Of a stretch of DNA of 64,000 nucleotides, positions 29,697 through 39,099 are shown piece by piece. A program made the translations under genes and the position numbers. Numbering within the stretch: the stretch's first letter is position 1; every line of letters starts with the position of its first letter. Source of the stretch: an uncultured Burkholderiales bacterium. Lineage in GTDB: Bacteria; Pseudomonadota; Gammaproteobacteria; Burkholderiales; Burkholderiaceae_C. The stretch is taken from contig CALBSC010000038.1 in the NCBI GenBank assembly GCA_937927685.1, positions 32,175 through 96,174 of the forward strand. The letters are read 5' to 3'. The notes beneath the pieces are model-generated. The model was not told where the DNA came from. It ran no database searches and saw only the letters and a list, made by a program, of their open reading frames with translations.

Positions 29697-30574
29697 GGAG
29701 CCTCCACCAGAGACAGGGTGCGCTGGGCCAGGCGCACGTTGGCGTAGTCCACCATCATGCCCTGGTAACGCACGGCGCCGAGACCACGTGCCTCAGCTTC
29801 GGCAAATGCTTCCAGCAGGCCGCGCGCGTACGCCAGCTCCGATTCGCTGGGTGAAAACACGTGTTGCATCACCTCCACCTGCGATGGATGAATGGCCATC
29901 TTCCCCACAAAACCCAATTCACGGGCTATCTGACATTCGGTGCGCAAAGCGTCAAGGTCCTGAAGATTCATGAACACACCATCCACCAGCCATTGAAGGC
30001 CGGCAGCACGCGCGTCCACCACCATCTTGCTGCGGGGATAGGACAGGGCCAGGCTCTGCGGCGTCCAGCGCCCCCCCAGATCCACCATGAAATCACCCTG
30101 CTCGGCACTGGCCAACGACATGCCGCACACCCGCTGTGAAACCGAGGCCAGGTCGTAGGTGTTGCGCAAGCCCATGCAAGTTTCCACCAAGGGAAGGATT
30201 TTCAAGGACTCCAAAGGCAATCCAAAGCGTGACTCAATGTCGGTCAACGCGTGTCCCACCAACTCGATGTCGCTGGTGATCTCCGCCTTGGGCAGAATGA
30301 CCCCCATGACATTGACCCGCGAAGCCTGGCTCGCGAGCACAGCCAGATCGGCCTGATAGTCACCCGCCCTGGGGTTGTTGATGCGCAAGAACATGGGCTT
30401 GCGCAGCCCTTCTTGGAGTACCTGCCCCACATTGCGCCGCGCCTCGTCCTTGGCGTTGTGCGGCACGGAATCCTCCAGATCAAAGATCAGCGCATCGGAT
30501 TGCCCCCCCTGTGACTTGGTCAACAACTCCAGGCGGACGCCCGGCGCAAACAGCAGGGTTCGAAACAGCTTCAT
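29693..30574 (-). CDS. CitE-like CoA ester lyase (HpcH/citrate lyase beta family)
   Basis: RTLLFAPG, DLEDSV, LRIN, LPK, LVET, GFVGKMAIHPSQ, MVDYA. Confidence 0.9.
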   Translation of the reverse strand: MKLFRTLLFAPGVRLELLTKSQGGQSDALIFDLEDSVPHNAKDEARRNVGQVLQEGLRKPMFLRINNPRAGDYQADLAVLASQASRVNVMGVILPKAEITSDIELVGHALTDIESRFGLPLESLKILPLVETCMGLRNTYDLASVSQRVCGMSLASAEQGDFMVDLGGRWTPQSLALSYPRSKMVVDARAAGLQWLVDGVFMNLQDLDALRTECQIARELGFVGKMAIHPSQVEVMQHVFSPSESELAYARGLLEAFAEAEARGLGAVRYQGMMVDYANVRLAQRTLSLVEAP

Positions 30575-30584
30575 TTGGAATTCC

Positions 30585-31379
30585 TCAACGCCCTTGCCAA
30601 CGAGGCGGTCGTTTCTCGACAAAGGCACGAGGACCTTCTTGGGCATCATCGGTGGTGTACAAAAAGGTGGCCAGATCGCGTTCTAGATTCAGGCCGTCTT
30701 GCAACGACAGGTTTTCGCCTCGCACAATGGCAGACTTGGCAGCACGGACTGCCACAGGCGCATGAGCCGCTATTTGCTGGGCCAGACCCACCGCACGCTC
30801 CAACAATTGATCCGCAGCGACCACATGGTCCACCAGACCCATGGTCAGCGCTTCATCTGCCAGCACGGTTCGGCCTGACAAAATCATCTCGAGCGCTTTT
30901 GAACGTCCGACCCGGCGCGTGAGGCGCTGAGTACCTCCGTTACCCGGCATCAATCCACGGGTGACTTCGGCAAAAGCAAAACTGGCCGAATGCGCAGCAA
31001 AGCTGATGTCGCACATCAAACTCAATTCAACGCCACCCCCAATGGCCAGACCGTTGATGGCGGCGATGATGGGTTTATCAAAGTCAGCGATGCCTTCGCC
31101 CGGCTCCCAGCGAAAGCGGCGCAGTTCAGGCAAGGGGGTTTGAGCCAGCAACTGTGAGAACTCGCGCAAATCCATCCCCGCCGAAAACGCCTTGTCGCCG
31201 GCTGCGGTCAGTACCACTGCCCCCACGGTCTCGTCACGCCGAAGCATGCCCATGGCTTCATGGAGTTCACGCCGCATCTGCAGGTTGATGGCGTTCATGG
31301 ACTGGGGACGGTTGAGAGTCACCACGGCCACGGCCGAGCGCTGCTCCAGGACTATCGTTTCGTAGTGGTTTTCACCCAT
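30585..31379 (-). CDS. Enoyl-CoA hydratase (crotonase)
   Basis: LNRPQSMNA, FSAGMDL, GLAIGGGVEL, AEVTRGLMPGNGGTQRL; both catalytic Glu present. Confidence 0.93.
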   Translation of the reverse strand: MGENHYETIVLEQRSAVAVVTLNRPQSMNAINLQMRRELHEAMGMLRRDETVGAVVLTAAGDKAFSAGMDLREFSQLLAQTPLPELRRFRWEPGEGIADFDKPIIAAINGLAIGGGVELSLMCDISFAAHSASFAFAEVTRGLMPGNGGTQRLTRRVGRSKALEMILSGRTVLADEALTMGLVDHVVAADQLLERAVGLAQQIAAHAPVAVRAAKSAIVRGENLSLQDGLNLERDLATFLYTTDDAQEGPRAFVEKRPPRWQGR

Positions 31380-31464
31380 CGCGACCTGTCGTGAGTTATC
31401 GGTAGATTGAACGTGACTGCCGTGAAATCATGCAGCCCGTGCATGGAAATAATTGTTCCAAACG

Positions 31465-31484
31465 ATTAAATCATATGATTTAAT
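31465..31484. promoter_or_regulatory. Perfect 20-bp palindrome, probable TetR operator
   Basis: ATTAAATCATATGATTTAAT lies in the divergent region between the crotonase operon and the TetR gene. Confidence 0.8.
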
Positions 31485-31522
31485 TGAAGTCAACGCGACC
31501 CTGCGCTCCGCCAAACGCCACC

Positions 31523-32185
31523 ATGACCAAGCGCTCACCCTCCTCTGCACCGGCCGTTGTCCGCGCCACCCTGAGCACGCCCGAACGCATACTGCTCGCT
31601 GCCGAGCAGTTGTTCAGCGAGCGTGGGGTTGATGGGGTGAGTCTGCGGGAAATAACCTCCACCTCGGGGGTCAACAGTGCAGCCGCGCACTACCACTTTG
31701 GCTCCAAGCTCGCCGTGCTGGAACAATTGTTCGAATTGCGTGCCAAACCCATTGCCCAGCAGCGAATGGCCCTGCTGTCTGCGCTGCGTACCAACCGGCA
31801 AGGGCGACCGGCGCTGGAGGACGTGCTGCGCGCCTTTCTTCAGCCGGCACTGGAAGCCCTCAGCACCCCCGAAGGAATCGCCTTCACCCGACTGCGTGCT
31901 CGCCTGTCTTTTGAAAACGAAGAAGTGCGTCGGCACGTGCTGGACAAAACTTTCAATGAATCCAGCCGGCTCACTCTGGAGGCCTTGCGCAAAGCCCTTC
32001 CTCAACTGCCCGCTGATGAGTTGAACTGGCGCTTTCACTTTTTGTTAGGCTCCATGGTCTACACCATGGCGTTACCCGGACGCATCGAATCCTTGACCGA
32101 TGAGAAGTTGGACACACGCAATTGGCAAGTGGCGCTGGATCAACTCGTGACCTATGCGGCTGCGGGCTTTCGTGCTACCCCTTGA
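31523..32185 (+). CDS. TetR/AcrR family transcriptional regulator (PsrA-like)
   Basis: ILLAAEQLFSERGVDGVSLREIT...AHYHFGSK; WRFHFLLGSM; YAAAGF. Confidence 0.93.
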   Translation: MTKRSPSSAPAVVRATLSTPERILLAAEQLFSERGVDGVSLREITSTSGVNSAAAHYHFGSKLAVLEQLFELRAKPIAQQRMALLSALRTNRQGRPALEDVLRAFLQPALEALSTPEGIAFTRLRARLSFENEEVRRHVLDKTFNESSRLTLEALRKALPQLPADELNWRFHFLLGSMVYTMALPGRIESLTDEKLDTRNWQVALDQLVTYAAAGFRATP

Positions 32186-32198
32186 ATCTCTGAACCTT

Positions 32199-33023
32199 AT
32201 GCCAGACACCCCGGTTGCCACCCACCAGGCCTTGCACACCCAGCTGACCGATGGCATTCTCACCATCAGTCTGCACGCGCCGAATCACGGTAATGCCCTC
32301 AGCCCAGACATGCTGTTCTCACTCGACGAATTGTTCAAGCGACTAACGTGGCGCGAGGATGTTCGCGTGGTGGTGCTTCGCGGCACGGGCACGCAGTTTT
32401 CCACGGGCCTTGATGTGGAGGACTTCTCGCGCCTCGTCAGCCAAGACCTGCCCCGTGCGCGTACCGCCCTGGACTGTCTGCACCAGTGGAGAAGCCGTCT
32501 CTTCAAGATTCAACCTCAACCCATCATTGGGTTGGTGGTCGGCGCGTGCCATGGGGCCGCTGTGAAGTTGATGGAAGGTTGCGACCTGGTGCTGGCCGCA
32601 GAAAATGCCGAGTTCATGCTGACCGCCGCAGATGCCGCTTTGCTGGCTTGCCATCCCCCCTGCGTCCCTGGCCCGGCCTGGATGCAAGCCAGCGCATGGG
32701 CTGAGTTGGAGATGCCGGGGCTCACGTTCTCAGGCGCTCAGGCCGAGTCCAACGGCCTGATCACGCTGGCGTGCAGCCCTGACACCCTGGAGCAAGACGT
32801 CCACGATCTGGCGCGCTCCCTGGTGGAGAAAGATCCCCTGGCCCTGCAATTCACCAAGGAGACGGTGGCCCACGTAGACAGCATGAGTTGGGACGCAGCG
32901 GTCAATTTCACTGCAGCCAAATTTGCAGAACTCAAGTCACGCCAAGCCGGTGGCGCGTCGGCTCGCGCCTCGGGTGTGCAGAACTTTCTGGCCGGCAAAT
33001 CCAAACCGGGACTGGGCGGTTGA
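32199..33023 (+). CDS. Crotonase-fold protein, HCHL-like, with degenerate active site
   Basis: GNALSP, FSTGLDV, CDL; C-terminus LARSLVEKDP...FLAGKSKPGL resembles HCHL; no EINWG/EINFG motif. Confidence 0.8.
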   Translation: MPDTPVATHQALHTQLTDGILTISLHAPNHGNALSPDMLFSLDELFKRLTWREDVRVVVLRGTGTQFSTGLDVEDFSRLVSQDLPRARTALDCLHQWRSRLFKIQPQPIIGLVVGACHGAAVKLMEGCDLVLAAENAEFMLTAADAALLACHPPCVPGPAWMQASAWAELEMPGLTFSGAQAESNGLITLACSPDTLEQDVHDLARSLVEKDPLALQFTKETVAHVDSMSWDAAVNFTAAKFAELKSRQAGGASARASGVQNFLAGKSKPGLGG

Positions 33024-33026
33024 ACC

Positions 33027-33647
33027 ATGCTGAAAATTGAAGACCTGAGCAGTGGCATTCGCATGATCGGACTCGATCGTGCAGACAAACGCAACGCCAT
33101 TGGCGTAGAGCTCACCTTGGCTCTGGAGCAGGTGCTGCTGGATACCCGATACCGCGAAGATATTCGCGCACTGGTGTTCCACGGCGTGGGGGGACACTTT
33201 TGTGCCGGCATGGACCTGAAGGACTTTTTTGACAGTTCGACCCGCCCCCCCGAGGAGTTACGTCGCGCCCGAGCGGCCACCGAAAACTGGCGCTGCCACC
33301 TGCTGCGCCAGATGCCGCAACGCATCTTCACGGCCGTCGAGGGCTATTGCCTGGGCGGCGCCTTGCCCATCCTGCAATGCTCTCAAGAGGTCACGGCTCA
33401 CCGTGACGCACGCTTGGGCATGCCGGAAATCAACTTTGGCTTTGTGCCAGGGGGACAAATCGTCAAATCAGTGGGCCGCATGGCCACACACCGGGCCCTG
33501 TCGTACCTCGCCCTGACGGGTCGTCTGATCAACGCCGAGCGGGCTAGACAGTGGGGCCTGGTCAGCGCGGTGGTGGAGCACAACCCGCTGGACCATGCGC
33601 TGCAGTTGGCGCACGACTGGGTTACAAACCCAGCGACGCCGCAATGA
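33027..33647 (+). CDS. Crotonase-fold protein, HCHL-like catalytic core lacking the C-terminal domain
   Basis: DKRNAI, FCAGMDLKDFF, GYCLGG, GMPEINFGFVPGG; only 206 aa. Confidence 0.82.
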   Translation: MLKIEDLSSGIRMIGLDRADKRNAIGVELTLALEQVLLDTRYREDIRALVFHGVGGHFCAGMDLKDFFDSSTRPPEELRRARAATENWRCHLLRQMPQRIFTAVEGYCLGGALPILQCSQEVTAHRDARLGMPEINFGFVPGGQIVKSVGRMATHRALSYLALTGRLINAERARQWGLVSAVVEHNPLDHALQLAHDWVTNPATPQ

Positions 33648-34767
33648 TGTTTTTCTGAATCTCGGAGGTGCCGCCACCAATGGTGGCCAGCCGTGAGTCG
33701 CGAAAAAAGCGTTGGATGGGATACTCGTTGCAGTAACCATATCCACCCAGGACTTGCAGGCACGTGTCGGAGATGGACTTGAAAGTTTCCCCGACGCAGT
33801 ACTTGAGCACGGCTGTATCGGCTCGCTCGGCCTGACCGTTTTCCATCAGCCAGGCATAGCGGCGCACCATCGTTTGCGCCGTGTCCAGCATGATCTTCAT
33901 GTCGGCAAACTTGTGTTGAATGACCTGAAAAGATCCAATGGGTTTACCGAACTGGGTGCGATTTTTGGCGTAGTCCAGCGCAAACTCGAATGCGCGGCGG
34001 GCTGCACCAATGCGTGCTGCGGACAGACACAGACGCTCATAGCGCAAGGTGTCCTCACAAATCGACCAGCCTTTGTCGAGCTCACCCAGCAAGGCGCTTC
34101 GGGGCACACGCACATCGGTGAACGTGACTTCGGTGGTACCGATGGAATGCTGACCCAGTGTCTTGATTCGACGCACCTCGATGCCAGGCAACTTGGTATC
34201 GACCAGGAAGGTGCTGATACCCAGTTGCTTCTTGGCTTGCTGATTGGTGCGCAGTGCCACCAGAGCGTAGTCGGCAATGTCCATGCCCGAGATGAATTGC
34301 TTGCGCCCATTGACGATGAAGTGATCATCGCCGTCCGGATCGGCGCGGGTGCGCAACGACGCAGCATCCGAGCCTGAATCTGGCTCGGTCAAGGCAAAGG
34401 CGTAGGTGAATTCACCACTGACGGTTTTGGGCACAAAAAACTGCTTTTGCGCTTCTGTGCCGTTTTTCAAAATGGCGTAACACCCAAAGGTGTAGCTACG
34501 AAATAGCCACAAGCCCAATTCCTCAAAATGGTTGCCCGTCTCTTCCAGCAAGACCGCCAGGTCGGTGGGGCTGCCACTAGCCCCCCCGTACTCATTGGGA
34601 GCAATCAAGCCTAGCCAGCCATGCTTGGCCAGCGCCTGAAAGGCTTCGCGAGGAGGCTTGGCGTTGGCGTCGCACTGTTCGACATACGCCATGGAGCAGA
34701 CTTCGTCGAGCAAGGCTCGCACGTGGTCACGAATCGCTTCTTGGTCGCTGGTCAGGCCGAAATTCAT
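33622..34767 (-). CDS. Acyl-CoA dehydrogenase
   Basis: ALTEPDSGSD, VNGRKQFIS, YERL, RTQFGKPIGSFQVIQH, LGGYGY, IGGGTSEIQK. Confidence 0.95.
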   Translation of the reverse strand: MNFGLTSDQEAIRDHVRALLDEVCSMAYVEQCDANAKPPREAFQALAKHGWLGLIAPNEYGGASGSPTDLAVLLEETGNHFEELGLWLFRSYTFGCYAILKNGTEAQKQFFVPKTVSGEFTYAFALTEPDSGSDAASLRTRADPDGDDHFIVNGRKQFISGMDIADYALVALRTNQQAKKQLGISTFLVDTKLPGIEVRRIKTLGQHSIGTTEVTFTDVRVPRSALLGELDKGWSICEDTLRYERLCLSAARIGAARRAFEFALDYAKNRTQFGKPIGSFQVIQHKFADMKIMLDTAQTMVRRYAWLMENGQAERADTAVLKYCVGETFKSISDTCLQVLGGYGYCNEYPIQRFFRDSRLATIGGGTSEIQKNIIAASLGL

Positions 34768-34849
34768 GGGTCAGGCTCCTGGAATCGGTTGGCTTAGCCT
34801 CAGGCGAATAGAGCCATGGCATCTGCGTCACTGAAAATTATATCAACCG

Positions 34850-34869
34850 ATTCAATCACTTGATTCAAT
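34850..34869. promoter_or_regulatory. Second copy of the TetR operator (16/20 match) upstream of the acyl-CoA dehydrogenase
   Basis: ATTCAATCACTTGATTCAAT versus ATTAAATCATATGATTTAAT; minus-strand TATAAT at 34837-34842. Confidence 0.7.
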
Positions 34870-34960
34870 TTGGCGACACCCCTACACCGGCGAGGGAAAA
34901 GACCCCGTCACCAGATCTCATCAGAAAGGACAGCTCAAGCCCAAGAACAACGCGTGCTTG

Positions 34961-35926
34961 TCAGTTTTCCATCTGAATATTCCGTCGGGCAATCACACTG
35001 CGCCAGCGTGCAATGTCGTTCTGCACCATGTCCTGCATGCTCTGGGGCGTGCTGTAAGACGCGGCGCTGCCCGCCAGGGTGAGGGTTTGAATCACATCGG
35101 GGCGTTGCAACAATTTCTGGACTTCAGCGTTCAGGCGCTGCACGACGGCGGCGGGCACTCCCGCCGGTGCCGCCAGGCCCAACCAGGAACGCACCTCAAA
35201 CTGCGGCAACGTCTGTGCCACCGGCAGCACCCCCGGCAACGTGGGCCAGGGCGTGGCACTGGTCACCCCCAGCGCCCGCAATTTGCCGGCCTGCAAATGC
35301 GGCAGCGCCACGGTGGGCGTGTCGATCAGGAGGTCCACCTCGCCCGCCAGGACGGATTGCACCGGCGCACCACCGCCACGGTACGGGACGTGCAACAGTT
35401 GCACCCCGGCTGTCCCCCCCAGCAGTTCTCCCACCAGGTGCTGCGTCGATCCCACCCCGACCGAACTGAAGCTAATTTTGCCGGCGGCCGCCTTGGCCAT
35501 CTGCACCAGGTCCGCCAGGTTCCTTGCGGGATGCTCGGCGCGTACCGCCACCACAAAAGGAAATGCCGTCACCGTGGAGATGAACGAAAAATCGTTCACC
35601 GGGTCATAGGGCAAGGTCTTGCGCATGGCCGCAGACACGGTGTGCGCACCGGTCAGCATGACCAGGGTGTGCCCATCCGGCTCGGACTTGGCAACGGCGT
35701 TGGTGGCAATCATGCCGCCCGCGCCGCTTTTGATCTCCACCACCACCGGCTTGCCCAGTTGGTCTTGCAGTTTTTGTGCGACCAGACGGGCAATCACATC
35801 GGCATTGCCGCCCGCACCAAAACCGTGAACGAGTTGGATGGGCTTGCTGGGCCAGGTTTGTGCGTAAGCGACTGGTGTGGCCAGCGCTGCCACGGAAGTC
35901 AATACGGTGCGACGGTTCAGGTTCAT
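34961..35926 (-). CDS. Bug/TctC family substrate-binding protein
   Basis: HGFGAGGNAD, EIKSGAGG, EPDGHT, HVPYRGG. Confidence 0.92.
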   Translation of the reverse strand: MNLNRRTVLTSVAALATPVAYAQTWPSKPIQLVHGFGAGGNADVIARLVAQKLQDQLGKPVVVEIKSGAGGMIATNAVAKSEPDGHTLVMLTGAHTVSAAMRKTLPYDPVNDFSFISTVTAFPFVVAVRAEHPARNLADLVQMAKAAAGKISFSSVGVGSTQHLVGELLGGTAGVQLLHVPYRGGGAPVQSVLAGEVDLLIDTPTVALPHLQAGKLRALGVTSATPWPTLPGVLPVAQTLPQFEVRSWLGLAAPAGVPAAVVQRLNAEVQKLLQRPDVIQTLTLAGSAASYSTPQSMQDMVQNDIARWRSVIARRNIQMEN

Positions 35927-35950
35927 GGTGTCTGGTGTCCAGTGAATGGT

Positions 35951-36688
35951 TTACAGCGAAGCGCCACCATCAATGACGATGCGGGTGCCGGTGGCGGTTT
36001 TGAGGTGTGTCGCGCAAGCCAGCACCGCCAGCGCCACATCGTTCGGTACCACCAGTCGACCGAGCGGCGATTTGGCGGCCTTTTTTTCAATTTCTTCGCG
36101 GCTGCGCCCTTCGACAAACCCGGTGTCGACCGACGCGGGGGACACACAGACAAACCGCACCGCCGGTCCAAAGGCACGGGCCAGTGCAATGGTCATGGTG
36201 TCCATGGCCGCCTTGGCCGCACAGTAGGCGATGTTGCTGCCCGAACCCGCGAATGCGGCCACTGAGGAAACGTTGACCACCAGTCCAGCGCCGGACTGCT
36301 TCAAGAGTGGCATCAGCGCACGCGTCAGCGAGTACGTGCCGCCCGCGTTGGCCGTGAGCAACTGGTTGAACAATTCCGGCGTGAGCGTGTCCAGATCATT
36401 GTGGGCAATGCGTTTGGTGTAGCCCGCCGAGTTCACCAGAATATCCAGGCGTCCGAACGACTGCTCCACCGACTGGGCCACAGCGACATGGGCAGCACTG
36501 TCCTCGAGGGGCACGTGCATGACGGCATGCCCCGCGCCGGGCAACTCCCGCATCAAGGCCTCGGCCCGATCACGGCCACGATTGAAGCCGATCACCACCC
36601 GCGCGCCTTGCTGCGCAAATTGTCGGACACAGTCGGCACCAATGCCGTTGCTGCCACCCGTCACGAGAACCACTTGATTGTTGAGCAT
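35951..36688 (-). CDS. SDR family oxidoreductase
   Basis: TGGSNGIG, LVNSAG, NVSS, YCAAK, IDGG. Confidence 0.93.
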   Translation of the reverse strand: MLNNQVVLVTGGSNGIGADCVRQFAQQGARVVIGFNRGRDRAEALMRELPGAGHAVMHVPLEDSAAHVAVAQSVEQSFGRLDILVNSAGYTKRIAHNDLDTLTPELFNQLLTANAGGTYSLTRALMPLLKQSGAGLVVNVSSVAAFAGSGSNIAYCAAKAAMDTMTIALARAFGPAVRFVCVSPASVDTGFVEGRSREEIEKKAAKSPLGRLVVPNDVALAVLACATHLKTATGTRIVIDGGASL

Positions 36689-36727
36689 GGAGGTCTTTCT
36701 TTAAAAAATACACAGGGGTGCCGCCTC

Positions 36728-38362
36728 TCAGGCGACAACCGGCGAAGGGGGCGAGAGTGCGCGCGCCAGTTCTTGTATCAATCGACTCAAGTCCTGTGGC
36801 GTTTGCGCCGTCCCATACACATAGTGATCCGGACGAGCCAGCAAGGCATGGGCGGCATGTTCGCGCAACCAGCCCGCCATCAGCCCATCGCGTTCTTCCA
36901 CGCACAACACATGGGCGGGCAACTCGGGGGCAGGTGACGCCCCCAGGACGAGCACGACACCGCCCAGACGCTGCCAGGCCGTCAGATCCTGGGCAGACAA
37001 GGCGGCGAGCCACGATGCTGTGGTCGTGATCAAGGTGAAGCGGGCGCCCGTCAGATCGTCCAGGCGACGCCACGTATCCGCCACCGAGGTTCGGGCCCAC
37101 GGCTGGATGCACAAGGCCCCCGCCCCGGCGCCCGGTGCGCCGTCTGACGCATGATGAATCAAGCCGCTGTTCAGGGACGGGATGAATTTTTGGCGCACCG
37201 TCACGGCCTGGCCGGACTTCAGTTCGGCCTCCAGCGCCTGGTCTCTGGTGCGTGCCCGTTCCAGGTCCAATTCACCGATGATCAAACCAAAGGTCTTGGC
37301 GTGGGCCACCACCGTGCGGACGTGCGGCTTGCGTTCCTCGCCGTAGGTATCCAGCAGCGCATCGTTCGCTTGTCCGCGCATCACCGCGTCGAGTTTCCAG
37401 GCCAGGTTGACCGCGTCGCGGACACCGGCACCCAGGCCCTGCCCCAGGAAAGGCGGCATCTGGTGGGCGGCGTCACCCATGAGGAACACGCGACCCTGGC
37501 GCCACTGCTCCACCACCAGGGCGTGAAAGCGGTACACCGCCGTGCGGCAGTGTTCGAGGTGCTGCGTGTCCACAAAGTCGCCCAGCACCCGCCACACCGC
37601 ATCATGGTCTGCAAAGTCTTGCGGCGTTTCGCCCGGCATGAGTTTGATTTCCCAGCGGCGCAGGTTGGCCGGCCCCACGATATACGTGCCGGGCCGCGAG
37701 GGCCGGCAGAACTGCACACAGCGCTCGGGCAGCTGGATGGGCCCGCGAATCCAGGCATCCACCACGATCCACCATTCATCAAACGCCAGGTCTTCGATGG
37801 GGGAACCGAGTTGCTTGCGCACCGTACTCGTGGCCCCGTCAGCGGCGACCACATAACGCGCTTGCACCGTCATGACCTGCCCATCGGACAAACGCTTGAT
37901 GCGAACCCGCACATGGTCGTCGTGTTGCACCAGGTCCAGATACGCATGGCCGGTCAGCGCCGTCACCTGCGAGAACCGCCGCACACCTTGCCGCAGCGTG
38001 GCTTCGAGTTCAGGTTGCACAAACATGAACGACGGATCCCAGGCCAGCGGGTTGGGCGGGTCCGCCGGGTAGAAACGCTTGATCACCTGCCCCTGGATGC
38101 CCACGAAATCGGTGCCCGGATGCGGCGAGGTGGTCGCGGTGATCTCGTCGGCCAGGCCGATCTCCTGGAAGACGCGCAAGGCCTCCTGGTCCGCGGTGAT
38201 GGCACGGGGCTTGTCGTAAATCTGCAGGGCCTGGTCCATGACCACCACACGGTATCCACGACACCCCAGCAAGTTGGCCAGTGTGGCCCCCGACGGGCCA
38301 TAGCCCACGATGAGCACGTCGGCGGTCAGGTCCACCACCTCGGGGGAATCATTCACCGCCAT
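36728..38362 (-). CDS. FAD-dependent aromatic hydroxylase, MhpA (3-(3-hydroxyphenyl)propionate hydroxylase)-like
   Basis: IVGYGPSG, QPELE, AADGATS, MGDAAHQMPPFLGQG, RDAVNLAWKL, RPDHYV. Confidence 0.9.
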   Translation of the reverse strand: MAVNDSPEVVDLTADVLIVGYGPSGATLANLLGCRGYRVVVMDQALQIYDKPRAITADQEALRVFQEIGLADEITATTSPHPGTDFVGIQGQVIKRFYPADPPNPLAWDPSFMFVQPELEATLRQGVRRFSQVTALTGHAYLDLVQHDDHVRVRIKRLSDGQVMTVQARYVVAADGATSTVRKQLGSPIEDLAFDEWWIVVDAWIRGPIQLPERCVQFCRPSRPGTYIVGPANLRRWEIKLMPGETPQDFADHDAVWRVLGDFVDTQHLEHCRTAVYRFHALVVEQWRQGRVFLMGDAAHQMPPFLGQGLGAGVRDAVNLAWKLDAVMRGQANDALLDTYGEERKPHVRTVVAHAKTFGLIIGELDLERARTRDQALEAELKSGQAVTVRQKFIPSLNSGLIHHASDGAPGAGAGALCIQPWARTSVADTWRRLDDLTGARFTLITTTASWLAALSAQDLTAWQRLGGVVLVLGASPAPELPAHVLCVEERDGLMAGWLREHAAHALLARPDHYVYGTAQTPQDLSRLIQELARALSPPSPVVA

Positions 38363-38426
38363 GGGGACAAACGCCTCGCCAGCTCAACCTCATGCCACCA
38401 CACCCGCAGACGCACACGACACCCGC

Positions 38427-38978
38427 TCAACGTGCATACCCGTCCTTGGCGCCGAACACCTTTTCGCGCTGTGACCAGTCGTGCGTCTGGTTCCACAGAT
38501 CCAGCACCATCGGTGCTTCGTCTTCGAAGGCTTTCAAACGGACCGGGTCCAGACAGGTCCGGGTGGTGAGTTCGAGCCGATGGCCGGAGGGGTCAAAGAA
38601 ATAGATCGAGGTGATGAAATCGTCGTGGTTGGTGGGCCCCACCACCTTCAGTCCTTTGGCCTCCAGATCTGCCTTGGCCTGCACCAGGGTGTCCATGTCA
38701 GCCACCTCGAAGGCGAAGTGCTGGATCCAGTCAGGGGTCTGGGGATCACGGCCCGAGGTTTCGCCGGGGTCCAGCGGACACTCAAAGAACGCGATGTTGC
38801 TGCCGTCTTCCATCTCGAAAAAGATGTGGACATGCGGGCTGTACTTGCCCGTGGACGGCACATGGTCTTCCCCCATCGCATGGGTGAATTTCAGACCCAG
38901 CACCTCGGTGTAGAACTTGACGGTCTGTGCTGCGTCCTGGCAACGGAAGGCAGCATGATGAAGTTTCTTGCACAGCAT
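38427..38978 (-). CDS. VOC/glyoxalase family protein
   Basis: LHHAAF, HFAFEV and SIYFFDPSGHRLE metal-ligand pattern. Confidence 0.88.
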   Translation of the reverse strand: MLCKKLHHAAFRCQDAAQTVKFYTEVLGLKFTHAMGEDHVPSTGKYSPHVHIFFEMEDGSNIAFFECPLDPGETSGRDPQTPDWIQHFAFEVADMDTLVQAKADLEAKGLKVVGPTNHDDFITSIYFFDPSGHRLELTTRTCLDPVRLKAFEDEAPMVLDLWNQTHDWSQREKVFGAKDGYAR

Positions 38979-39099
38979 GGGGAGACTCCTGAGGGGTTCA
39001 GTGATGGAAAAAAGGGGCCATTAACCCCGATCCTAACGGGAAGTTCGTGCCAGCAGGTCCGCCACAGCGAGGTCGCGGATGTCTGGCTCACCCGGGGGT

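Noticed and set aside
33645-33647. Selenocysteine or other readthrough of the TGA ending the short crotonase
   Set aside because: The downstream sequence is the antisense strand of the acyl-CoA dehydrogenase and shows no crotonase-like continuation.
34958-36265. 435-aa plus-strand ORF
   Set aside because: Antisense to clear Bug and SDR genes.
37151-38569. 472-aa plus-strand ORF
   Set aside because: Antisense to the MhpA-like monooxygenase.
39036-39054. Sigma-54-like TGGCACG on the minus strand upstream of the VOC gene
   Set aside because: The -12 position reads CC rather than the required GC.
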